A stretch of 62,270 nt of DNA from positions 930,001 to 992,270 of the forward strand of contig NW_026782068.1 in the NCBI RefSeq assembly GCF_031769215.1, in the 5' to 3' direction. The translations under genes were made by a program, and so were the position numbers. The notes beneath the pieces were generated by a model, which saw only the letters and a list, made by a program, of their open reading frames with translations, was not told the DNA's origin and searched no databases. Source of the DNA: Ylistrum balloti. Taxonomy: Eukaryota. Positions 50,301 to 62,270 of this stretch are shown one piece after another (the stretch's first letter is position 1; every line of letters begins with the position of its first letter).

Positions 50301-53300
50301 TATTGGGTTCAGTCTGAGCAGAAATTGAAATAATAAATATTATGTTAATTCATGTAAACATCCATTTAGCGGCCGACTGGATTAATCATCAGTCAGCCTG
50401 CTTGCAGTGTAAGAGTGTTTCTGGGAAGAAATTACGTCCAGACATTTTGACAGCTGACTTTTCACTTTTCTTCCATTCGCCGAATAATGAACAGTAGTCA
50501 TTGCCCAATCATTTCCGCAATTGTTTTGATAAATAAAGAAACGTTTACGAAAACACATCAAACACATTCTGTGTTAAACGTCTTTGCATAATATATCAAT
50601 ACCAGACTAAAAACATCATTCTGACGGATAACAAAGTTTGTTGCGAGTAGACTAAATGGAAATAAATAACGAGGCTTTATTGGAACAAACTTTAAATTGA
50701 TGAATATTTCGCTGTAACATTTGGACAAAATTCTTCATTAAATGTCTGCTGTTGGATGTTTTGTTAAGACTAGGTTATCTGCAAACTAAGTCACAATATC
50801 AAAGATTTAATCAAAGTCTAAATGCATTCCGTACTTTACTGGACTATGCATTATGTGTGAAATACTTTTTTCATTATACACAAAGGTCATAGTTATTATT
50901 GTTATTCTCAACCCATTATCTATGACCACCTTTCACATCCTTCTGATGTATCCATTAACATTACCAGTAATGGTTACATTTTCAGAGTAATAGTTGGCGG
51001 AGATATGTGTGATTTGATGTCTCCGGAAGGTAAAATGTAAGTAAACATATTTGATTTGATACATAAAATGTAAATGCAAACATGTTGTTAAGCCACGTTC
51101 AATTGCATACGGTTCTTTGCAATTTTAACTACATTTTACTGTATTGTTGCTTCCGAGATCAATTTGGTTTAAAGTATCACAACTCTTGCTCTTTCTTAGT
51201 TACGGGATAAGCTCGGGTTCCATGACTTGCAGACTAAGTATAAATGGATCAAAAATAGGTGAGCTGAATTTTGTGATCTTTTCCGCATATAAACATATTA
51301 GTTCGAATTATCTCAAAATATATATACCGACTCCCACAATATATATTGTTACACAAATGAAATATGATATATGTTTTTACCTGAAATAAATACTGACGTA
51401 AACGCCCTGGAAACCAAAAAGCTAGAGTAGGCGTCTGTTTAATTATTAAAAGATATCACATTTCCATTATTCAGGGAAAATATTAAGAAATATCAGTTGG
51501 ACTATACTACTCCCTATATATGTTTTATGAATTCACGTGCAATTTTTATTCTTATCTCATTTCACGGATTTCTTACGCTTTTTAGGTGTATCATATTTTG
51601 TGTTTCTTATGTATTTTTACGTGTATCATTTTTTTGCAGGAAATATCAATGCTAGTTATACATTGATACCTGGTGGCAGGTTAGTACTCTCTCTAACGTT
51701 ACAGTAACCTCCATTTAGTTTACGTTGTGTACAGTAATCATATTATCTGCGTCCGTCCGAGATGCTTTCTCGAGCTACGACTTGAAAGCTATCATTTACA
51801 ATCGTTGTATGTTTTTCATATTAGTGCCTTATTTGTGCCTTCTGCTGACCGCGAGATTTCTTCTGTTACCTAGGAAACAAATTCAATGTTTACCATTTGC
51901 AAAGTTTTTTTTCACTCTATAACTTGAAAACTGTTCACTTAACCTCTACACACGTTTAACATTACTGAGAATATATTTTTTTCTGAATGAATGTTCATAC
52001 TACTAGCATAATAATAATCCAAACTCAAATTTAATAAGACTAAGGTAAAATATGATAAAAAATAATACGACACTAATGTCAACATAATTATTATCCCAAA
52101 GCAAATTCAATAAACCAGTACAATATATGTATGAAATTCCTTATCTTTTCTCTTTAACATCCACAGTTCAAAGGCGGATTTGAATCTATACAAAGTTTCA
52201 AGGAATGGCCAGATATACATGTTCCAGACTTATGCAGGTTTGTTGACTTTGATAATGCTTTTTTTGTATGATTAAATCACTTAAATGCTTTAACAGGTAC
52301 ACATGTTCAAATCATTACAGGTTTACGTCATTACATAACGCCATCCCAAGTTACTTCATAACGCAGTGCAAAATATATGTATATTTAATTCGATGAAAAC
52401 ACAAGGAAATTTACTAAGGTCTCCTGTCAACTAGCATCAGAGAGGATAGAGTTTGTGATGTCGAAATTAGTTGGTGCTTGGATGAATTGCTATTCCGCTG
52501 TCTTCAATTATCATATATGTTGTATAGACGTTGATGATAAGTCCTGAATCACTGCTTTCTTGGACCGCGTTTCAAAGGAAAATTCATACAAAAAAGTGAA
52601 TCAAGGCACTTCGATCCTGATAGTTATTTTCTTTGCAGAAATTCATGGAATTTCTCCTTCTTCCGGAAGTACAGAGGGAGGAACAATGATAACCATATCT
52701 GGGAAATTTTTTGACGAAACGAGGTCTAAAGCTGTTGTCAACGTTGGCGGTTCGTATATTTTATAGACTTGTACTTGACGTTCTTCTGAAACGATCAAAT
52801 ATATGAAAATTACTAAATTCATTGAAATAGAGGGCTAGCGCACCTCCTCATCGAGATGTTGATAGTTCTTTCCATCACTTTGAATTTACATCAGTCGCCT
52901 CACTGACTTCAAAAATAACCATATGATGCAATGTAATTCATTATCTAGCTCTACGCTGTTTTATTCTCAATTTGTATTAAAGAGTGTTATTCACGTGTAT
53001 GTTTAATGTAAGCTTACTTATATCCTATTTAGAAACATATTGCTGAATTCACAGTATTGATATGGTGGTTACTGAGCCATTGAAAGTCGTTTAACTTCAG
53101 TACTTTATTTAATTTATTGCGTTACTGGAAAAATGGTGGCATGCAAATGCAACGAGCAGCCATTTTTTCACAAACGCCATGACTCAAAGTAAAACGACAA
53201 AGTAAAGTTACAAACAAAGATACTTTTGGTCTAGAGTAGATCGAGTAATTTTCAATTTACGCTATGCACCAGCATCTTTGTAGAGTAAAGTCACTCAGGA

Positions 53301-56300
53301 ATTTTAATGATGAAGGAGGATATACAATGTTACTCTTTCAGGAACTAAATGTGACGTATTACGTGTAGATGATACAACCATTATCTGTCGGACCGACCGG
53401 GAACCAGACTTATCCCAGGAACTATATCCAGGTAAAGTATCAAAGTACTGATTATCCTGCACATTTAAACGTAAACAATAATATTGATGTGTAAAATCAT
53501 GCGAGCATTACACTTATCGTAAATTTTGTATTCCTTTGGTTTTTAACTTACATGGTCCTCCATGGCAGGTCGTTCGGCCGTCTTTTTTCCTAACAAGGGA
53601 ACAAATATTTGTATGAAAGACGCCTTCCCCACACCCCATGATCTATTTTCTTGACATTTGAACTTGTTCATGGCTAGAATGTTCATTTACCAATTTAGTG
53701 TAGCCTAGATAATTAAACAATATGTCATATTTATTGGACTTTTTTAATTCCAGGAAACAGAGGCTTGGCAGTGGAATCGTGGAAGGATTCCTACTACAGT
53801 AGAATAGATTTGAACATGATAAAAAGCCTTAACGAAAGTTCGTCTGATTACACGGTGTATGTATCAGATACAGCACGCATAACTGGGCAAGGCGCTTACT
53901 ATGCTAGCCGGTTGAAAGGATTCTTCCTGCCTCCGTTTGACGGTGAATACCAATTCATTGTCACAGCGTCTGAGGAAGCCGAGTTATACCTGAGTATGAA
54001 TAGCGATCCACAAGGAATGGTAAATTTCACGAAAGAGAAGGGACTTATGTAACTTTGAATAAATCCCAGTAGCTGCCGCAAGATAATACTCCATATTTAA
54101 TAACTGGAAATAATCAAGAGTTGTGACGGACGTGTTATAGCATATCGTTTAGATCCTTCCAATCAATAGTTGATTTGTGCTACATGAACCATCCGACCCT
54201 ATAAATGTTAAGGCGTTAGTATTTTTTTTAAGAATGCTCCTATGAATGTAGCTTAAGGGCTACCATTTCATTTAGTGGAAGTTAATTCTATTCATGTTTG
54301 TGATTGATAAGACATTCTTCTTAATAATTGTTGTGGTTATATGTGTGGTACTTTGATGTTTTTGTTTCGTTTCTATTTGAACTTAAAACAAGCCAGCTAA
54401 ATATTTTATTTGTTGGAAACTTAGGATGTTTTTTCTTTATACTGGAACTGTTGCAATATGTGTGAACTAGTAGTGATAAGAACACGCAATACGATGTAGG
54501 TGTTTGAAGTCCCGTAAAAACATATTGTTCGTCTGTTTAACAAAATGAAATACTTAAATCAAAACTTGTCTGCTACTGTGATAAGATTGGCATAATATCC
54601 TTCGTTTGCTTTTGCTATTATTGTAATATATCTTGTTAAATAAAATGCTCAATTATGCAATCTCGGTATGGAAAAGCAGTAAATACATAGTATTCATGAC
54701 TTTCTGTTAATTTTGTAGAAACGCCTGGCGAGTGCTTATGGAATTAGCTCGCAACAAACATTACAATCCAATCAAAGGTAAGTCTTAAATTTTGTATCTG
54801 AATGTATAACATCAGCGTTGTTCACGTGGCACCGGATAAAATATACCTAGCTTTCAGTTGAAATAACATTTCTATCAGTTTACTTGTATCTTATATTTGA
54901 CAGCGACTGTTATAGTTAGTAAATCGATTTTCGCTAGCATGAAAATTGACATTTCAGCTGTAGAGTAAAAGAACTAGCCATTTTTATTGTTGATTTGAGT
55001 TTCGTGATCATGTAACGAAATGAAGTATCGTCAAGCAAGGCCATCACTTGTATGAGGACCAATCCGTAAAACCCTCAGAGCAGGTAACCACTGATGACAG
55101 CGAACGGTCCTAGTGTCATGTGGGATGCATTGAGAGAGTATGGGTGGCGTATGTTCCTAGACGGCACCCTTATAACAAAATTGAGAGAGGATATCAGGTG
55201 TGGTTGGGCGTCATGTTTATGTACCGATAATAAGCAACAGCAAGCATGATCTCACTGCGATGTGTTTTATTTTCATTTTGAAATGGTGTTGGTGGGGACG
55301 TTGATGTTTTCCTCATTAATATGTTTTGAAATGGATTTTTCAAGATTTACATGGAAGCAGTGGGCACTTACCTTTTTAAACACTTTGTCTTGTCTTTCTT
55401 TGTTATGAAGAGTCTATGTGAACGTCGTTTCTTTTGATGATATCCTTATGTCCCATTTTCATCAGTTTTCAGTTTTAATTACTATTCTTAAACACTGAAA
55501 CCATTTTTGGTTGTAACAGTTACTACATGGAGGTATTGTTCAGACAAAGGTCATACTCACAGGCAGTAAATGTGGCGGCTCGATATTTGGATAGCAAAGT
55601 CAACCACCATATGGCCGGGAACGTGCAACAAGAAGAACAAGAAATAGAGATCACATCGGATGTTAAAAAGGAACTACAAACGATTTATATTACAGATATC
55701 ACTTATGTAAACGCCACTTACGAGAAACAAGAGATAGTTGTTGACGGAACAAGAGACGGCACGTTTCGTCTTGGAATGTATTCCGTATACACAGGTAAAT
55801 AAACTTCTTGCCTTTTATTATAAAAGGACTATGTTTTTCTGTAGTGTCAAAATAGCTTTGAATGCCACATCATTTATCCGTTTATATGCCAGTTGATTAT
55901 GCGGTCATTTCATGTGTTGTAATGTTGAATGAAAAAAGTGGTTTTATATCATCATACTTCTTTGACTCTATTCATTACCATTGATTGATACTGAAAGGCA
56001 ATGTTCTTGCATTCTGTAAGAGTGTGCATAACTTAATTTTGAATTCTGATTTTTTTTAAAAATATAAACCGGAAAACAATCTTTTGTAACCATGTCCATG
56101 TCTTATTCCCAATGACTTAATTTATTATGCTCATATATGTCGTTCTATCATAACTGCTTTTAAGGTAGGACAATGATCTTAATACTATTTTCCCAGAGAC
56201 CATCCGCGTTGGTGCCTTGGCAGATGATGTGGAGAATGCCCTTCAGGCCCTTCCCGTGTTCGATGAATCTGAGACTATATCTGTCAACATGTCCAGGCAG

Positions 56301-59300
56301 GGTGAATCTTTCAAGTACATTGTCATCTTCAAATCCGAGAGAGGTATTATGTTTCTTCATATATTGTATAGTGCTACCGCACTCATATGTTATAATGCTG
56401 ACACCGGTATATTAATTGCACCATCAAAGTCTCGTAAATGCGTTGTCTTTTACATATAGAACGTACGCATATATGTATTTTTTTCATATGGCATATTTTA
56501 TGATAGTGCATATAGGTTAAATACAGTCAACATTGGTTTAAGCATGCAAACCCACAAAATCTTATGTAAAGGTAACTTCCCGGTACTACAATGGAGGAAA
56601 ATACGTGGAACGTTTTCTGTGACTGTAAGTACGATACGAGAAGGCAAAGCAAGTGGAAGAAAGTTAGGAATTATGATGTCTGATATTCCTTCACCGCTGA
56701 TCGACAGCAATACATCACTGACGCAGGTATTTATAGGCTTTAATTGGTATTTTGTAACTGTAATTGTAGTTATTAATTTAACAAGATCAAATTACAACCT
56801 AACGTAAAAATTATGTTCGTTTAACATGTACATTACCCAATAGTTCTCGACTAACAACAAAGAGGCCACTTTGAGTGTGTTACATTGAAAATCGGGGTAT
56901 TCATTGTGGTTATTAACACAGTAGAACACGAAGTATCCACGGGTGTTAGGTCTTTTCCTTCCTTTACTTCGGAGCTTTTTATGTGTGTTTTGTGTATTCT
57001 GTGTTGATCCGTTCCTCATTCGACATTTAGTGAAGTGGGGTGTGAATCTGTCGCCAAACAAATAAAACAGTTGCTTGGAATAGAATATGTATCCCGATTT
57101 ATTTAAATGCAATTACTTTTGAGTTGACGAAATTGTATTTCAGGAACCTTCTTGTCTTTATACTTTCTAGTTATATTGTTAGTTGCAATATGAAGCTAGT
57201 GCAACTCCCATCTAGAGTTTTCTGTCGGTCACATTGTCATCAATCGCAACCTAAGCTTCAAAATTTAGGCCCTTGGCATCACTGACGAGTCCCAGAAGGA
57301 CACGACAGCTGTATAATCCAGTTTGATTAATTTGCTTGACTCTACTTTTTCTTATGTAAACATTTATTATTGGGAAATATTTTACCTTTAGATTTCAGTC
57401 TCATTAGAACACTTATTCACGGCTCGATGTCCAGGCTACTGGACATCTCCAAAGAACTTTGCATTTCATCAAAACATGGAGGATCATTCTTCTGTGCCAT
57501 ATTATATGAGATCATATAGAACAGACCAGTACCAGGCATTTTGTGGAAATTGGGTGTTACGGAATCCACCTGTCCTCTTCAGAAGCGAGAACATTTATCT
57601 TGACGTTCATCCATTGGTAAATATCGTTGATTTTTTTTTATTTCTGAAAGATTTCTACAGAAACATGCATATAAAGTACAGGCACACCACCAAAAAAGCA
57701 TTTATACATCATGATAATCCACGAATCAATTCATTATCATCGTCATAATCAGCGATACCACCTAAAGCACATACATATACACACATCATCTCACTTACCC
57801 TCACCCACATCCTGACAGAAATTCATGCCCTCATATCCACAGACGGATGTATATATTTACATATATATGACCAGGTGTAACGTAAGGGTAAGCGTCATCT
57901 GCTTCGTCCACATTAGCTTTGAGCATTGAATAAAAATACAAACATGTAGCTTTCTTAAGACGTCTTATTTCACAACTTAGTATGGATGATTTTATATAGT
58001 TATTAGAAACATCGGTGCATGTGTTCTTCTGACCTAATGGAACTTACCAATGGAAAGATTTATCTAACTCTCAATAACGACAACTCTACTCAGTCATGGA
58101 TATAACATGGATTAACCTGTTGATACTTTTTTCATATTTGACAGTTTTGTATGGCCTTTAAAGGAAATATTGATTTCGTCCATATGACGGTTCAATATAG
58201 CCATGAAAGCGGCAGCAGTGAGATAACAACATCAACTACGCTTTATTTCTACGACCTCATCAAAACATCGAATACAGAAGAGTATGTATGGTTGAATAGG
58301 ATGACGTTTTTTCAATAAATGTATACCATTTGCCAGATTGGGTATTTTAGTATCACAAACATAAGTTTCAGAATTACTATAATTTCGATAATATTGATGT
58401 CACAAGGGCATTAGTAAATTAACCTCTCGTATCTCGGTGATCCTATAGATACAGCATGTCAAATCCTGAACCTCGTATACATGGTATAAATGATGGTTAA
58501 ATTATCTTCCAATCTACATACATTTTCTCCTGTATCTATGTATACACTGCCCTCATCTGAAACTATTTTTGTAATGTATCCCTATATACACTGCTCTCAT
58601 CTGAAACTATTTTCCCCGTGTATCCCTGTATACACTGCTCTAGCCTGAAACTATTTTCCCTGTGTCTCCCTGTATACACTGCTCTCATCTGAAATTATTT
58701 TTGTAATGTATCCCTGTGTACATTGCCCTCATCTGAAACTATGATCTTAATGTCTCCCTGTATACACTGCTCAACTGAAACTATTTTCTTATGTCTCTTT
58801 ATATAAGTTGCCCTCATCTGAAACTATTTTCACATATGTCCCAGTTAACACTGCCTTCATCTGCATCTCTATTCTCGTGTCTCTCTGTATACCAATTCGC
58901 CAAATAACTCACAGGATACTAATCTTTAATATGAGAAACCGTTTAATACATTCACCATAATGCCATAACATCCTACCCAAGGAAGACAACGCCTATGGGT
59001 GATCGAAGCCACTTCAGTGATGCACGATGTTTTAATTTCAGTCTTTTTTTTAACATCTTTTCATTTGTATTAGACTGGACAATGTTCGATGTATAAAAAA
59101 CGATAATCACAGAATGTATTGTTTAAACTTCCATGGCATTAATATCTACAGATGGAATTATGGTTGCTATGATTTAAAACACGCCATCACAGAACACATT
59201 CCTAGGGAATCTGGCATGCTACTGCGAAAACTACGAATAGGTCGTATAGGAGATGTTCTTATCGATGACATTTACTTTGGAAGTGATGTTACAACGTCAG

Positions 59301-62032
59301 ATACAGGTTAGGACTGCAATATTGAGATATATTCTGACATGTTACATTTGAGACATGTAAAATCAAGACAGGCACTGGCGCTATTGTAAAATGTTAACGA
59401 TATCTATTTTAGTTAGGAATCTCTTGTGCTGAATGAAGCTTGCTACTAATTTCGCTTATACCAATTCCAAAATGTAACTGATCACCTGACACTCATAAGA
59501 GTGAAATGAGTATCAGGTTTTAAATGTAAGTAAATCGAGCAATTATATCTGTATAGGAAATGCCTAAAATTGGTCATCACAATGCTTTGTTGTCTATACT
59601 TACTCCATATATTTGTAGATGATACCCATTTGCGACGTCTCGTTTGCTCTCCAAACGGATACAAAATAACCGACGTAGATGTCAAGAGGCATGAGGATAG
59701 CTATACTGTAGAACTGACTCCAGTACCAGGAGGACACGGATTTCCATTATTTGCTGTAGATGATACACAGGTAAACTGTTTACTAGGAATATACTTGATT
59801 CCCATTCCTCTTATTTTTAAGTAAACAAATCTTGCATATCCAACCTTTTCTAATTTTTTAAAGGCATCAGTGTGGAAACACAGATTGGTGAAGCAAATGT
59901 GTGTTGTTGTTGTCTTCGTTATTAGATATTTCATTATTTCTAATTTGTCGTGTATGTAATCATTTAAATTTCTATGAGATTATCGCATTCCAGACCTCCG
60001 CTGGTAAAGTATTACTACAAATGTTTGATGTGCACAATTAAATGACTGTTGTTAGGACAATACATACACGGCATCTTTATTCGCACGAAAATAAATGCAT
60101 ACAAATAGGCCATCAAAATATAGAATATGCATATTGAATAAAAATAACACGTCAATCGCCATTTAGCTATGATTACTCCTCGGTTACATATATGTGTATG
60201 ATCAAAGCCACCAAATTTGACATACAAACTTTCGGAACATCTCATTATTATAAGCATTGTACTTGAAATGTCAGTATCTCCTTTGTTGTTGATGTTTTAC
60301 AAATATTTTCAAGTTGATCTCGCCGGTTTAAATAAGTAATATAATTTTGATATAGGCTGAATGAGTAAAGCAACCGTGAACTCTGCTCTCACTCCTTCAT
60401 CTCATACTTTACCTTTATAATATGTATCAAACATCGTTAACATTTTGTTGCTAAGATATATGTTCTTATCGGTAAAGGTACCACCAGGCACCAACATATC
60501 AATACAAAGACTTGTGGCTGCTTCACCTCCTTTGGGGGGAACATTCGATTTGACTCTGAGAGGACAAACCTTCCCTTGTAAGTATGAATACTAACATTTC
60601 TTAACGATTTTCATTATAACTCCCAACAAGGCTCATATTTCATATTTGGTATTTGGATATCTACAACTCAATGGTCTATTAACAGTCACGGATTTTATAA
60701 GATGTTGTTACCTATATGTCTTTCTATAACATTATGTCTTAGAAGCTGGATAGTTAGAACAATTTCCTGAGAGAAAACAACATACTGAAATAATGAAATG
60801 TACGACTAAAATGAGGTCATGGTAACATCATTTGTTAGATATTTAATGACGGGTATGGTCGTTGTGTCATATTTTAGCGATACCAGTTTGGACCGGACGT
60901 AACGATATAACGGCAATCGTACAAAGCTTCAAAGACATTGGCTTCGTTGTGGTCAATTCCCACGGAGACAATTTCTATACAATGAGATGGAGATTCAACT
61001 TCGACACGTTTTCTGGAAATCTGGAACAGATTCAGGTAATGTTAATCCAGTGCCTATGGATATTTCCTCAATGACCGAGGAGATAATGATGATTGAAATA
61101 TTTTAATTTTGATCTAATTACTCAGCGGTTTTAGAGATAATAATGGTTATTATTTCTTCAGTTTTTTTTTCACTTTTTCCGTCTCATATTAAGATTTAAT
61201 TTCATCCAATAGGTAAAATAAAAAAGGTTTAGAACACGATTATTTTCAATGTATTTGATTTTTCATTTTTCGTTTATTTATTGATTGAATCTACAGTGAT
61301 CACATATGTTCTCTTTATTCAGATTAATGCTAGCTCTGTCACTGGTGACAATATCCGTTCTTTCGCAAGAACAATAACCAACGGACAATACAAAATAGAC
61401 CCACTGTCTGGAGAGATGTTACAGACGGCTCATTCAAAACCACAGGTGACAAATTCACAAAAAGTTTCATATGGAATACTTATATGGTGTTCTATAATAC
61501 TAGTGTAGCGTCATTGTTTTCAAACACCATTGCAAAGAAATGCTTGATAGATATAGTAAATCAGGTCCTCAACTTTTTTTCTGAAAGACACCATGCTTAC
61601 ATTTGAATTTTTGTTGTCCTTAGCACACGCCCAAACTAGGAAAACAATTTTTATGGGTATTAACATTCATCTTCAAACGAAGATAACATTTCTTTCGATC
61701 AATTCTTTTTTCCTCGTTTACTTCCAAAGATTCAAAATGTCGCTTACCTTTTATGATTCTAAAATTGCATCGAAAGATGCTTAAGTGTCTTTGTAAAATG
61801 ACAGTTTGTATCTCCATTAACAAATCAGAATTTATGATGTCAATAATTGGAACACTTTTTTATATCATTATATTTTTAATTAAATATATACGAAGCTTAA
61901 TACACAATATTTTGCTTTCATTTTAGGTCACTGTTCTGATAAATGACGTCTCGTCGAAATGTACAGGGAGTTGTACTTTCGAATGGTTACCTAGCAGTAC
62001 ACCCGTTGTTAATAATGTCACACGCGTTCGAG
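41242..62032 (+). CDS. PKHD1L1-like: Gene B: fibrocystin-L (PKHD1L1)-like protein with N-terminal SRCR domain; 26 exons, ~1109 aa in window, 3'-incomplete
   Basis: Exons: 41242-41308, 44285-44438, 45381-45550, 45837-46053, 46799-46892, 47280-47337, 49396-49483, 50986-51036, 51200-51258, 51640-51679, 52167-52237, 52639-52749, 53342-53431, 53754-54019, 54719-54777, 55520-55794, 56197-56343, 56572-56726, 57392-57616, 58145-58281, 59152-59306, 59619-59770, 60478-60577, 60878-61035, 61323-61445, 61927-62032. All are GT-AG with consistent phases (sum 3328 nt) and no stops. IPT/TIG motifs [30 protein letters not shown] and [18 protein letters not shown]; PA14-like [19 protein letters not shown]. Confidence 0.88.
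42185..43466 (-). mobile_element. Solo-LTR-like insertion with 5-bp TSD CCGAT
   Basis: CCGAT at 42180-42184 and 43467-43471, single CCGAT at the empty site in copy 1 (39118-39122). Minus strand ends ...CCAGGTTACA with AATAAA upstream. The other end lacks a clean TG (ends GGGACTGTGACTGTGA). Confidence 0.55.
44285..45550 (+). CDS. Gene B exons 2-3: group-A SRCR domain (6 Cys)
   Basis: VRLVGG...[17 protein letters not shown]...VVCKQLGY | [46 protein letters not shown]. Confidence 0.93.
44764..45050 (+). repeat. Dispersed SINE-like repeat in the SRCR intron
   Basis: Aligns by eye with 4644-4880. Confidence 0.55.
47359..48443 (+). repeat. Intronic tandem duplication, 542-bp period, 2 copies
   Basis: TGCACACTACGACAAGAAAC at 47369 and 47911; near-identical spurious ORFs at 47398 and 47904. 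Confidence 0.92.
53754..55794 (+). CDS. Gene B exons 14-16: PA14-like domain region
   Basis: [10 protein letters not shown]...[32 protein letters not shown]...YYMEVLFRQ, in the position of the PKHD1L1 PA14 domain after the third TIG. Confidence 0.78.
57275..57319 (+). other. Degenerate type-I hammerhead-ribozyme-like motif in an intronic repeat
   Basis: GGCATCA-CTGACGA-GTCC-CAGAA-GGAC-(ACGA in place of GAAA)-CAGCTG-TA. A related copy at 46534-46586 retains GAAAC. Confidence 0.35.
58528..58892. repeat. Intronic 44-bp minisatellite, ~8 copies
   Basis: CTGAAA anchors at 58557, 58601, 58645, 58689, 58733, 58775 and 58818. Confidence 0.9.
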
Positions 62033-62270
62033 GTAAGACTCTATAATAAGAATGAACATCTGATAAAGGATAGTATATATGATTGTATTCTGGAAATGCA
62101 CAATATGACCATGTGCTGTAGACGTTTTGATGTTTAAGAAAGGCAGGTTTCGTAAACGGATCGGTGAGTCACTGACGACATCCACCATGTAAATTTGTCA
62201 TATTCCTGGAATGTCGTGCTTTTTAAGTACTGGCAAATGAGAGTACCTACATTTCAACGACCATTGTTTT

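Noticed and set aside
49920-50567. Coding-looking antisense patches inside gene B intron 7
   Set aside because: All frames contain stops and nothing is recognisable, so a nested gene cannot be supported.
36650-58892. 42-bp and 44-bp periodic arrays as CRISPR-like
   Set aside because: Head-to-tail degenerate units with no unique spacers, in a eukaryotic context with no cas genes.

Overview
AT-rich eukaryotic DNA with GT-AG introns; a bivalve mollusc is my inference from the repeat and gene content, not something the sequence proves. Two paralogous secreted-protein genes point away from each other. Gene A is on the minus strand: signal-peptide exon 2008-1936 and SRCR exon 308-158, running off the left edge. 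Gene B is on the plus strand: 26 in-phase exons, 41242-62032, about 1109 aa and continuing past the right edge, with signal peptide + group-A SRCR + IPT/TIG + PA14, i.e. a fibrocystin-L/PKHD1L1-like protein with an N-terminal SRCR domain. Both keep a matching ETS-site/TATA promoter. The ~39 kb between them is mostly decayed transposons: (1) a full-length Kolobok element (11051-18252, 15-bp TIRs, TTAA TSD, THAP-DDE transposase plus convergent KolX); (2) a RAG1/Transib-like DDE transposase pseudogene (18402-20797) directly downstream of a co-oriented spliced chromodomain gene (21128-23994) with an intact aromatic cage, the best candidate here for an undescribed system; (3) an Ngaro-type tyrosine-recombinase retrotransposon with split direct repeats and an SGNH hydrolase ORF (25557-30862); (4) a 5'-truncated pogo element (39486-40914) at the junction of a tandem duplication of gene B's promoter and exon 1. 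All TE ORFs seen are disrupted. No rRNA, tRNA or CRISPR array was found. All homology calls come from motif recognition, without database searches.
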